From an uncultured Candidatus Entotheonella sp. (GTDB taxonomy: Bacteria; Tectomicrobia; Entotheonellia; Entotheonellales; Entotheonellaceae), in the NCBI GenBank assembly GCA_965215335.1, contig CBDCDA010000001.1, positions 928,001 to 992,000 of the forward strand: a stretch of 64,000 nt of DNA, read 5' to 3'. The notes under the pieces are model-generated. The model saw only the letters and a program-made list of their open reading frames with translations, ran no database searches and was not told the DNA's origin. Positions 28,474 to 37,680 of this stretch are shown piece by piece (the first letter of the stretch is position 1; the number at the start of each line of letters is the position of its first letter). The translations under genes were made by a program, and so were the position numbers.

Positions 28474-28743
28474 GTGGAAACACAACGTGACAGCAACGTC
28501 GGTGTCTACTTCATGGCCATGATCTTCATTGGCCTGGCCCTTGGCGGCATCATCGCCGTCAACCAGACCGGTGGCTATTGGCAACGGTTTTGTGCCGAAC
28601 GCACGGACGTCGAGGCCTGCCAGATGATGGCCGAGAACCGGCAAAAGGCGATCGGGGAACTCATCAAGCTGGGCGACCAGCACGGTTCCCACGCCGCCAT
28701 ACCCGGCATCCCGCCGGCGGCAGAGGCAGGGGAAGACAACTGA
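28474..28743 (+). CDS. Small membrane-anchored hypothetical protein
   Basis: GGAG RBS and GTG start; one TM helix then a Cys pair (FCAERTDVEAC). Confidence 0.65.
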   Translation: METQRDSNVGVYFMAMIFIGLALGGIIAVNQTGGYWQRFCAERTDVEACQMMAENRQKAIGELIKLGDQHGSHAAIPGIPPAAEAGEDN

Positions 28744-28770
28744 GTGGCGCAAGCCGGGAGGAACAGACCC

Positions 28771-29094
28771 ATGTACGTCCTCAAACGGGTTTTTCAGGTG
28801 CAACGCGGTCAGGAGTGGAAAGCCGCCACCCTGGCCACCAGGATCGCCGCCGCCTACGAGGCCGCCGGCCGCAACCCGTCCAGCGTCTACATCGGCGGCA
28901 CCGGATTGCCCGGCAAACCCGGCATGGTGTATGTCGAGTGGACGCAAGACACCATCGAGCCGAACCACTACGCCAACGTGCCCAAGGCCGTGTTCGAGCT
29001 CGTCAGGGAGATGCGCCCGATCCAGGAGGATACCTGGATCGAATTCTACGAACTGGTCACCCCGGAAAAACTGCAGGACCGCGGCGTGGCTTAG
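28771..29094 (+). CDS. Small hypothetical protein, NIPSNAP/dimeric alpha-beta barrel-like
   Basis: GGGAGG RBS; MYVLKRVFQVQRG...VYVEW...WIEFYELV pattern. Confidence 0.65.
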   Translation: MYVLKRVFQVQRGQEWKAATLATRIAAAYEAAGRNPSSVYIGGTGLPGKPGMVYVEWTQDTIEPNHYANVPKAVFELVREMRPIQEDTWIEFYELVTPEKLQDRGVA

Positions 29095-29127
29095 GTGTAT
29101 AGTCCCTCTCCCCTTTTCACCAGCCCG

Positions 29128-29163
29128 GCCCTGCCCGGCACGCTTTGGCCCGTCGGGCAGGGC
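29128..29163 (+). terminator. Probable intrinsic terminator of the symporter operon
   Basis: GCCCTGCCCGGC...GTCGGGCAGGGC stem followed by a pyrimidine-rich tail. Confidence 0.5.
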
Positions 29164-29508
29164 TGCTGCCTTTCGTTCCACTCATGCTGCTATCGCGACT
29201 GCTCCCCAGCCTCTCCAACCCCCGGCAGGGGTCGCTCCTGCCGATGCGAAAGGGAAAGTGGCGATGAACGCCACTTCCCACGCTGTCCGCACCTTGCAGC
29301 CCTTACTGAAGAAATCACCTCGACGGGAGACGACCCTCCCGCCGGGAAATCGTCCGGCAGGCGATGGACGATGGGGATTTCAGGGAACTTGCGGCAGAAT
29401 GCTGGATAAACTCTCGTGCGCCGCGCATGTCCCCCGTAGGGCCAGGGTTCATGCCTACCCGCGCCCCGCCCCGCAATGCCGACGTGTCGCCAACGGAAAG
29501 GAAATCCC

Positions 29509-30702
29509 GTGCGCAAAACTACCCTCACCTGGTCCGAAGAGTTGTCCGCCCGCCACGCTGACCTCGTCGCCCTGCGGCGCGATTTCCATCGCCATCCGGA
29601 GATCAGCTTCCAGGAACACCGTACCGCCGAGATGATCGCCGAACGCCTGTGCGCCGCCGGCCTGGAGGTGCGCACCGGCATCGGCGGCACCACAGCCGTC
29701 GTCGGTATTCTGCACGGCGACAAGCCCGGACGTACCATCGCCTGGCGCGCCGACATCGACGCCCTGCCGCTGACGGAAATTCTCGACGCGCCCTTCGCCT
29801 CCGGCACCCCCGGCGTCATGCATGCCTGCGGGCACGACGGGCACGCGGCGATCGGCATCACGCTGGCCGACCTGCTGGCCACGCGGCGCGCCGAGGTGCC
29901 GGGAACGGCCGTGTTTCTCTTCCAGCCGGCGGAGGAAGTGTTCGGCGGCGCGCGGCCCATGATCCAGGCCGGCGTGCTCGAAAACCCGCACGTCGAGCAG
30001 GTCTATGGCCTGCATCTCACCACCCAGACGCCGGGCGGCCACGTGGCCGTTCGCGCCGGTCCGTGCATGGCGTCGGCCGACTTTTTCGACGTCGAGGTGC
30101 GCGGCAAGGGTGGCCACGGCGCCTTTCCCCACCTGTCGATCGATCCCATCACCGTTGCCGCCAACATCCTGCTCGGCATGCAGAATCTGGTATCGCGCGA
30201 GGTGGCGGCCAAGGAGCCGGCGGTGCTGACCGTCGGCCAGATCGTCTCCGGCACCAAGCACAACATCATTCCGGTCACCGCCACCCTGCGCGGCTCCCTG
30301 CGCACCTTCAACCAGGAGGTCCGCGAGCAGGTCATGGAACGCCTCGGCGCCTTCGTCACCAACATCGCGCACGCCTATGAGGCCGAGGCCCATCTTGCCT
30401 TCGCCGACGCGGGTTGCCCCACCGTGATCAACCACGACGACGAGTCGGCATTCGTGCATCGCTGCGCGGTGGACGAGGTCGGCGCCGACCACGTGGGCGA
30501 AGCCGACATGATGATGGGCAGCGACGACATGAGCCTGTTTCTGGAAGAACGCCCGGGGTGCTACTTCCGGGTCGGCATCGCGCCCGACGACGGCGTGCCG
30601 CGCCCGCATCATGCGCCGGAGTTCGAGATGAACGAAGTCGGCCTGCCCGTCGGCCTGCGGGTGGCACTCAACGTCATGCTCAACGCCCTGTCAACCGCCT
30701 GA
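29509..30702 (+). CDS. M20D amidohydrolase
   Basis: RRDFHRHPEISFQE, RADIDALP, MHACGHDGH, FQPAEE, GKGGHGA, HHAPEF. Confidence 0.95.
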   Translation: MRKTTLTWSEELSARHADLVALRRDFHRHPEISFQEHRTAEMIAERLCAAGLEVRTGIGGTTAVVGILHGDKPGRTIAWRADIDALPLTEILDAPFASGTPGVMHACGHDGHAAIGITLADLLATRRAEVPGTAVFLFQPAEEVFGGARPMIQAGVLENPHVEQVYGLHLTTQTPGGHVAVRAGPCMASADFFDVEVRGKGGHGAFPHLSIDPITVAANILLGMQNLVSREVAAKEPAVLTVGQIVSGTKHNIIPVTATLRGSLRTFNQEVREQVMERLGAFVTNIAHAYEAEAHLAFADAGCPTVINHDDESAFVHRCAVDEVGADHVGEADMMMGSDDMSLFLEERPGCYFRVGIAPDDGVPRPHHAPEFEMNEVGLPVGLRVALNVMLNALSTA

Positions 30703-30722
30703 AACGGGAAATCCCCGCAGCC

Positions 30723-31652
30723 ATGAACAATCCCGCTCGACCCCCGTGGTTTGATGCCGCGGCGCAGCCGGATCGCCCCGCTGGCGAGCGCTTGCAAACG
30801 CTGCTGGACAGGCCGGGCATCGTGGCCGTACCGGGAGCGCACGATGCGCTATCGGGGCGCCTCGCCCAGCGTGCCGGTTTCGAGGCGCTGTACCTGTCCG
30901 GCGCGGCTCTCAGTGCTTCCATGGCGCTGCCCGACCTCGGCGTCATCACCCTGGAAGAACTGTGCCACGCCACCCGCCAACTGGTTCGCGCCACCGGGCT
31001 GCCGGTGCTGGTGGACGGGGACACCGGGTACGGAGAGGCACTCAACGTCATGCGCCTGGTGCACGAGCTGGCAGACGCCGGCGCCGCCGCGGTGCAGATC
31101 GAAGACCAGGTTTTGCCGAAGAAATGCGGACACCTCGACGACAAACGACTGGCCGATGCCGACGACATGGCCCGCAAGATCGCCGCCGCCCGGCGCGCCC
31201 GCACGCATCTGCAAATCATTGCCCGCACGGACGCCGCAGCGCTGAGCCTCGACGACGCCATCCAACGCGCCCGCCTCTATCGCGAGGCTGGCGCCGACAT
31301 CATTTTCCCCGAGGCGCTGACCTCCGATGACGACTTCCGCGCCTTCGCGGCCGCCGTCGATGCCCCCCTGCTGGCCAACATGACGGAGTTCGGCCGCACC
31401 CCCTACCGGGACGTCAGGGCCTTCGAGGCGCTGGGCTTCAAACTGGTCATCTGGCCGGTGTCGTCGCTGCGGGTAGCGGCGAAGGCCATCGCCGATCTGT
31501 ACGCCCACCTGGCCGCCACCGGCGAGACGGCGGGCCTGCTGGACCGCATGCTGACGAGAGCGGAACTCTACCAGACCCTCGGCTACCACGATTTCGAAGC
31601 CCTCGATCAATCCATCGCCGCCAGTGTGGTGCCAGCGCCTCCCGAGGCATGA
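30723..31652 (+). CDS. prpB: Methylisocitrate lyase (ICL/PEP mutase family)
   Basis: LVDGDTGYG, IEDQVLPKKCGH, IIARTDA, LLANMTEFGRTP. Confidence 0.88.
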   Translation: MNNPARPPWFDAAAQPDRPAGERLQTLLDRPGIVAVPGAHDALSGRLAQRAGFEALYLSGAALSASMALPDLGVITLEELCHATRQLVRATGLPVLVDGDTGYGEALNVMRLVHELADAGAAAVQIEDQVLPKKCGHLDDKRLADADDMARKIAAARRARTHLQIIARTDAAALSLDDAIQRARLYREAGADIIFPEALTSDDDFRAFAAAVDAPLLANMTEFGRTPYRDVRAFEALGFKLVIWPVSSLRVAAKAIADLYAHLAATGETAGLLDRMLTRAELYQTLGYHDFEALDQSIAASVVPAPPEA

Positions 31653-31670
31653 GACGAAAGGAGCCCGACC

Positions 31671-31928
31671 GTGGTTTGGCAGCCGGAAATCGACGAACTC
31701 GACCAGCGCCGCGCATTGGCCCATGAAATGGGCGGCGAGACGGGAATCGCCAGGCGGTTCATGGTCGGGCTCGAAACCCGGAAACAGGGCATCCCGCGCG
31801 GCGGCGCCAAGATGATCTGCACCACGTATCGCACCCGCATGCCGTGGATCAGCATCGTCATCCGGGAAACCGCCCAGGACGTTCTCCGCACCCAACTCGG
31901 CCCCAGCGCCGTGCCCTATCAGCCATGA
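31671..31928 (+). pseudogene. Collapsed acyl-CoA carboxylase beta (carboxyltransferase) gene
   Basis: N-terminus WQPEIDEL..EMGG, internal FMVGLE..KQGI.RGGAKMI....MPWISIVIR and a probable C-terminus LRTQLGP joined in 85 codons; AAGGAG RBS retained. Confidence 0.75.
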
Positions 31929-33262
31929 ACGCGCCCAACACCGACCTTCTCTCCGATGCGAACGCCGCTGCAACCGACCGGAACAAGGTGCGTTCCGAGG
32001 ACCGGGCCATCCACGAATGGTATCGCTTCGTGCTGTCATTCCCGCCCCACCTGGTCCAGGCTTACCTGCAACACTTCGGAGTTGGTTCGCTCGACACCGT
32101 CTTGGACCCCTTCTGTGGAACCGGCACGACGCTGGTCGAATGCAAGAAGTCCGGTATCTCCAGCGTGGGTATCGAATCGAACCCGATGGCGCGCTTCGCA
32201 AGTGAGGTGAAAGTCGATTGGTCGATCAGCAGCGACCGACTCCGGCAATATGCAGAGGCCGTCGGCTCGTCAACCAGAGTGACCCTGGCGCAACAGGGCA
32301 TTGACGAGTGGAGCGGTCTCCCGCTCTTTACGACAACTTGCGAACCGTCCTGCCCTCTCCTTGAACTTCCTGCTGCGCAGTCAGAACTGCTGCTGAAGCA
32401 TTCAATCAGTCCACTCCCCCTGCACAAGACGCTGGTGCTTTTGGAAGCCATTGGCAGGCACGGCAGCCAACGGCAGCAGCAGTATGGCCGTCTTGCGCTC
32501 GCCAACGCGCTCGTCAACCATCTCGGCAATCTGAAATTCGGGCCGGAGGTAGGCGTCGGCCAAGTCAAACATGACGCACGGGTAGTGGACGCCTGGACCG
32601 AAATCATGCACACGATCGCCAGTGATATCGAGGCTCACAAAGGGCGGGCCGGGGTCCCCGCTGCGGTAATTGAGGCGGACGCTCGAGAGGTTGATCAGGT
32701 TCTCGAACCGCAGTCGGTGAATGTCGTGATTACCTCCCCGCCGTACCCGAACGAAAAAGATTACACCCGCACCACCCGATTGGAGTCGGTCATTCTGGGA
32801 CTTGTTCGCAATCGCCAGGAACTGCGCTCGTTGAAACAGAACCTGATCAGGTCCAACACGCGCGGCGTGTACAGGTCTGACAACGACCACCATGAGGTCG
32901 CGGACAACATCGAGATTCAGCGGATCGCCGATGCCATCGACAAACGCCGTGTCGAATTGGGCAAAACGTCCGGCTTCGAGCGCGCGTACGCGCGGGTTAC
33001 CCGACTGTACTTCGGCGGTATGCGCCGCCATCTCGCGTCTCTGCGGCCTGTTCTCAGGCCGGGGGCGAAGCTCGCCTATGTCGTCGGTGATCAGGCATCC
33101 TATCTGCGCGTCATGATACGCACCGGCCGGATTCTCGCCGAAATTGCGGAGTCCTTGGGTTATGGCGTCACCGGCATCGACCTGTTTCGCACCCGACCGT
33201 CGACAGTGACCGGCGAACAATTGCGGGAAGAGGTCGTCCTGCTGGAATGGCCGGGTTGCTGA
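31925..33262 (+). CDS. Amino-type DNA methyltransferase, probably N4-cytosine (alpha order)
   Basis: Motif I VLDPFCGTGTT precedes motif IV ITSPPY; IHEWYRF; VVGDQASY. Confidence 0.92.
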   Translation: MNAPNTDLLSDANAAATDRNKVRSEDRAIHEWYRFVLSFPPHLVQAYLQHFGVGSLDTVLDPFCGTGTTLVECKKSGISSVGIESNPMARFASEVKVDWSISSDRLRQYAEAVGSSTRVTLAQQGIDEWSGLPLFTTTCEPSCPLLELPAAQSELLLKHSISPLPLHKTLVLLEAIGRHGSQRQQQYGRLALANALVNHLGNLKFGPEVGVGQVKHDARVVDAWTEIMHTIASDIEAHKGRAGVPAAVIEADAREVDQVLEPQSVNVVITSPPYPNEKDYTRTTRLESVILGLVRNRQELRSLKQNLIRSNTRGVYRSDNDHHEVADNIEIQRIADAIDKRRVELGKTSGFERAYARVTRLYFGGMRRHLASLRPVLRPGAKLAYVVGDQASYLRVMIRTGRILAEIAESLGYGVTGIDLFRTRPSTVTGEQLREEVVLLEWPGC

Positions 33263-33275
33263 AGGGCGCCACCCC

Positions 33276-33581
33276 ATGCCTGTCCAAAACCGTTACGCCA
33301 CCATCATCGAGGCAATTTTCCAAGCCGGCTATCGGTCCGGCCAGCGCAGCGTTGCCTTTGAACGCGAAGACATCGTTGCCTTTGCGTCCGAACTGAAAAT
33401 CGCCTTACCCAAGAATCTGGGTGACCTCATAATACAGCTTCCGATACCGAACAGACCTTCCGGCCAGCATTTTGAGCACGGCCCCTGAAGGTGAAACCTG
33501 GATCGGCTGATCGACATATTCCTCGGTATCGCCTGTTATTCCCTGCAGAATCACTTCCGCACAACGGTTCCCGCCGGATGA
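33276..33581 (+). pseudogene. Decayed cognate restriction endonuclease
   Basis: NRYATIIEAIF...LPKNLGDLI, +1 frameshift, YSFRYRTDLP...WI, then RLIDIFLGIACYSLQNHFRTTVP in another frame and a stop; immediately after the MTase. Confidence 0.7.
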
Positions 33582-33661
33582 CTCGCCAACGCCCCGCGGT
33601 CCGGCGCGGCGACTGCCGCACGGCATCCACGCAAAGCGCCGCGCAAGGACCGGTCTGCGTC

Positions 33662-35524
33662 TCACGCCCCCTGCACCGGCAACACCACGTGCGACCGATA
33701 CGCCGGATCGTGATAGATGGTCTGATGGGCCAGTTCATGGCGTTGCTCCACACCTAGAGGACCACCGGTGTTGGGGTTGACGTCGAAACGCGGCCAGTTG
33801 CTGCTGCTGATGTCGAGGCGGACGCGGTGGCCGGCCTTGAAGACGTTGGAGGTGGGATAAAGGAAGAAGACGAACTCGTACGCCTGCCCCGGCGTGAGCA
33901 ACGCCGGCTTTTCGTAGCCGTTGCGGTAACGCGCCCGGATGATCGAATCAGTGATGTTGATGGCCAAGCCGTCCGGGTGCTCCGTGCTGGGCGGATAGAC
34001 GTCGATGAGCTTGGCGGTGAAATCCGTGTCCAGCGCCGATGACGACGCCCACAGGCGCATCTCGATGGGCCCCGTAACCTCGAACGCCTCGTCCAGCGGC
34101 GGCGTCTGGAAGGTCAGCACGTCGGGCCGCACGTTCAGCGGCAGGGTGTCCTGGCAGCCGAAGAAATCGGCGCGACCGCGCTGGTCGAAGCCGCCGGGCT
34201 GCATGGTGTCGTCCACCGCGGAAATGCCGCCGCCGATGGTCGGCACCGGGTTGCGGGGGTCGAACGTGAAGCGGCTGGCCGCGGACGCGCCGGCCTCCGG
34301 CTTGTCCGGCGACAGCACGCCGCCGCCGCGCAGGTAGTATGGCGTATAGCGCGTCTCCGGCAACGGCCAGTCGGGGGCGCTGCGCCAGTAGCCGCCGTGA
34401 TGAATGCGCCCCGGGAAATCCCGAGGGCCGCCCGGCGCGCCTTGGATGACGCGGCGACCGTCGCCGCTGCCCATCGTGAAAAAGCGTACCGGCGACCAAT
34501 CCACCACTTCACTACGCAGGCCCTTCAGCCAGTGGTCGAACCACAGGAGCTTCGTGTCCAGGTAATGGACGTGCGCTTCCGTCCCGAAATCCAGGTCGCC
34601 GGCATGCGTCACTTCATACTGCCCGTGCGTCCACGGCCCCATCAGCAGGTACTGCGGCGATTGCTTTAGGGCGCTGAGGCGCACGTAGCTTTCAGGGGTA
34701 TTGCGGGCGTAGGAATCGTACCAGCCGCCCCAATATAGTGTCGGCACGTCGGCGTGCTCGTCGTGGTACTCGTCGGGCGTGTAGCCCCGGAAGCCCTTCC
34801 AGTAGTCGTCGTAATTCGCGTGGGTGAGCACGTCCATGGCCCAGCGCTCATAGGATGGCAGGCGGCGCAGCAGCGTCGTGCCGGCCTTGAGGGGGAACCG
34901 CCGCACCAGCTCGGGCACCTTTTCCATGAGCACCTGTTGCAGCGCGGTCTTCAAGGCGGGGTCGGCCTCGGCCTCCTTGCTGGTCGCCGCCATGCGAAAG
35001 GCGTAGATCAGGAACCGCTGCTCCAGGGCGCCGTTGTGGCGCATCGAGCTGTGGTAGTAGTTGGCGGCGCCGACCGCCACGACCATCGTCGCCAGGTGCG
35101 GCGGGTTCAGCGTCGCCAGCGCGCTCTGGTCGCTGCCGGCGTACGAGTCGCCCATGGTGCCGACCTTGCCCGTGCTCCAGGGCTGTGTGCCGAGCCATTC
35201 CACCGTCGCGTAGCCATCCTCCGCCTCCTTGGCGAAGGCGTACCACTCCCCTTCCGAAGCGAACCGCCCGCGCACGTCCTGAATCACGCACACATAACCA
35301 CGCCGCGCAAAATACTTGCCCTTGGTCACCTGCGCCGGCGCCGCCTTGTTGTAGGGTGTGCGCTCCAGAATCACCGGAAACGTTCCCGCCGCCACACGGT
35401 CGCCGTCGAGGGCCGGGTAATAAATGTCGGCGGCCAGCTTGACGCCATCCGGCATGGTCGCCGACACGTTGGGCTCGATGACGACGTTATACGCCTGGCA
35501 GGACCCCTCGTAGCTATTCGCCAT
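33662..35524 (-). CDS. CocE/NonD family hydrolase
   Basis: ERTPYNK, QDVRGRFASEG, GDSYAG nucleophile, GPWTHG, ISSSNWPRFDVNPNTG. Confidence 0.95.
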   Translation of the reverse strand: MANSYEGSCQAYNVVIEPNVSATMPDGVKLAADIYYPALDGDRVAAGTFPVILERTPYNKAAPAQVTKGKYFARRGYVCVIQDVRGRFASEGEWYAFAKEAEDGYATVEWLGTQPWSTGKVGTMGDSYAGSDQSALATLNPPHLATMVVAVGAANYYHSSMRHNGALEQRFLIYAFRMAATSKEAEADPALKTALQQVLMEKVPELVRRFPLKAGTTLLRRLPSYERWAMDVLTHANYDDYWKGFRGYTPDEYHDEHADVPTLYWGGWYDSYARNTPESYVRLSALKQSPQYLLMGPWTHGQYEVTHAGDLDFGTEAHVHYLDTKLLWFDHWLKGLRSEVVDWSPVRFFTMGSGDGRRVIQGAPGGPRDFPGRIHHGGYWRSAPDWPLPETRYTPYYLRGGGVLSPDKPEAGASAASRFTFDPRNPVPTIGGGISAVDDTMQPGGFDQRGRADFFGCQDTLPLNVRPDVLTFQTPPLDEAFEVTGPIEMRLWASSSALDTDFTAKLIDVYPPSTEHPDGLAINITDSIIRARYRNGYEKPALLTPGQAYEFVFFLYPTSNVFKAGHRVRLDISSSNWPRFDVNPNTGGPLGVEQRHELAHQTIYHDPAYRSHVVLPVQGA

Positions 35525-35823
35525 GACCTTCCCCTTGCTCTTGAGCAGCCCGGATCATGGCCAAGGCGCTGCCAGCAGCGCTTCGTGATCATGCATGCGG
35601 GCAAGCTCATCGGTCCCGGGCAAAAGCGATCCATGCCATCAATCCCCGGGATCATGCATCTAGAAAAAGCCACCCTTCTTTGCATAGTATAGCCCTTGCC
35701 CCAATGCAATTACAGAGGCCCCCTATTTTCGTGATACCCTGTCTTGCAATTTGTGGCCTTGATGAACGCTTTGGTATCGAGTATCGACCAACCCTGTCAG
35801 CACGCAATCCAAGGGAGAATACA

Positions 35824-36681
35824 TTGGGCAAGCTGGACGGCAAGGTAGCCATCGTCACGGGGGCGAGTCGGGGCATCGGCGCCGAAATCGCCAAGTTGTT
35901 CGCCGCCGCGGGCGGCAAGATCGTCTGCGTGGCGCGGACGGTGCAGGAAGGCACGCACCCGCTGCAGGGGTCGCTGGAAAAAACGGTCGCCGACATCCGC
36001 GCCGCGGGCGGCGAGGCCAGCGCGGTGCAGGCCAACATCTCGCTGCCCGAGGCGTGCGAGGCGCTCGTGCAGGAGACCCGGCGCCTGTACGGCCCGGTGC
36101 AGGTGTTGGTCAACAACGCGGCTCTCACCTATTTCCTGCCGATACGGGATTACGCCCTCAACCGCTGGATGCGCTCGTGGGCGGTGAATCTGCATGCCCC
36201 GTTCATCCTCAGCAAACTGGTGCTGGACGACATGGTGGAAGCCCGCAGCGGCAGCATCGTCAACATTTCGTCAGCCGCTGCCGTGGGACCCGGCAGGGGG
36301 CCGTATCCCGACGACAGCAGCGCGCTGCGCGGCAGCACCTGCTACGGCGCCGAAAAGGCCGCCCTCGAACGCTTCAGCCAAGGACTGGCACATGAGGTCT
36401 ACCCGTTCGGTGTCTCGGTCACCTGCGTCTCGCCGTCGCTCGTCGTCCCGACGCCGGGCACGGTGTTTCACAACCTCGTCAGCGGCATGGACGACCCGCG
36501 CGGCGAGCCCCCGGAACTGATGGCGCAAGCGGCCCTGCTGCTGGCCACGGAGCCCCTGGACGCCGTTACCGGACGCGTCACCTACAGCCAGCAGATTCTC
36601 CTGGAATACGGCCTGATCACGGAAGGCAGAGGCCGCGGTGTCGATCCGGACATGCCGACGACCTGTTACAGCCAACGCTAG
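35824..36681 (+). CDS. Short-chain dehydrogenase/reductase
   Basis: TTG start after GGGAG; TGASRGIG, NNAA, YGAEK. Confidence 0.9.
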   Translation: MGKLDGKVAIVTGASRGIGAEIAKLFAAAGGKIVCVARTVQEGTHPLQGSLEKTVADIRAAGGEASAVQANISLPEACEALVQETRRLYGPVQVLVNNAALTYFLPIRDYALNRWMRSWAVNLHAPFILSKLVLDDMVEARSGSIVNISSAAAVGPGRGPYPDDSSALRGSTCYGAEKAALERFSQGLAHEVYPFGVSVTCVSPSLVVPTPGTVFHNLVSGMDDPRGEPPELMAQAALLLATEPLDAVTGRVTYSQQILLEYGLITEGRGRGVDPDMPTTCYSQR

Positions 36682-36801
36682 CCCGGCAGTGGTTGACCCT
36701 GGCCGGCGGGCATGGGATGATCCCCGGGCCCTCAGCCTGCCGGTTTGCCAAGGCACCCGCAACACACCGTAACCGCAATCGCCCGAAGGGAGATGTGAAG
36801 A

Positions 36802-37638
36802 ATGCTCATTGGCGTCAGCATGTTCGCAACCGATTACGCCATCCGAATCGACGACTTGGCCCGTGAAGCGGAGGCCCGGGGCTTTGAGTCGCTGTGGGTT
36901 CCCGAACACACCCACATCCCCAGCAGCCGGCGGACGCCGTGGCCGGGCGGCGCCGAATTGCCGAAGGAATACAGCCATTCGTACGACCCGTTCGTGGCTC
37001 TCATGTTTGCCGCCGCGGTCACCACGACGATCAAGGTCGGCACCGGCATCTGCCTGGTCATCGAGCGCGACACCATCACCCTGGCCAAGGAAATCGCCAG
37101 CCTCGACCGCCTGTCGGGCGGGCGCTTTCTGTTCGGCATCGGCGGCGGCTGGAACGCCGAGGAGATGGAACACCACGGCACGGTGTTCAAGACGCGCTTC
37201 AGGAAAATGGGCGAGCAGGTGCACGCCCTGAAAACCATCTGGACGCAGGACGAGGCCGAATTTCACGGCGATTTCGTCAACTTCGAGTCGCTGTGGTCGT
37301 GGCCCAAGCCGCTGCAGCAGCCGCACCCACCAGTCTTCCTGGGCGGCGAAAGCGCCTACACGCTGCAGCGCGTGGTCGATTACTGCGACGGCTGGCTGCC
37401 ACGCAGCCGCCGGCCGGAACTGGTCCTGCAGGGGATCGGCGAACTGCGGGAATGCGCCGCCAAGGCCGGACGCGATATGAAAACGATCTCCGTCACCGCC
37501 TCCGGCGCGCCGGGAGACCCGAAGCTCCTGGACAGTTACCGCGCAGCCGGGTGCGACCGCTGCATCCTCGGCCTGCCGTCGGCGGCACGCGACACCGTAC
37601 TGCCCATCCTCGACAAATACACGTCCTTCATGCAGTAA
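36802..37638 (+). CDS. LLM-class F420-dependent oxidoreductase (Rv2161c-like)
   Basis: WVPEHTHIP, LAKEIASLDRLSGGRFLFGIGGGWN, PKPLQQPHPP. Confidence 0.92.
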   Translation: MLIGVSMFATDYAIRIDDLAREAEARGFESLWVPEHTHIPSSRRTPWPGGAELPKEYSHSYDPFVALMFAAAVTTTIKVGTGICLVIERDTITLAKEIASLDRLSGGRFLFGIGGGWNAEEMEHHGTVFKTRFRKMGEQVHALKTIWTQDEAEFHGDFVNFESLWSWPKPLQQPHPPVFLGGESAYTLQRVVDYCDGWLPRSRRPELVLQGIGELRECAAKAGRDMKTISVTASGAPGDPKLLDSYRAAGCDRCILGLPSAARDTVLPILDKYTSFMQ

Positions 37639-37680
37639 GGACACGGTAAGGACAGCTTCCAAAAGGGACCTCACGACATT

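Noticed and set aside
29250..29295. AAGGGAAAGTGGCG...CGCCACTTCCC hairpin resembling a cobalamin riboswitch start
   Set aside because: Lacks the GGTG-AA-TCC and B12-box elements, and the downstream gene is not B12-related.
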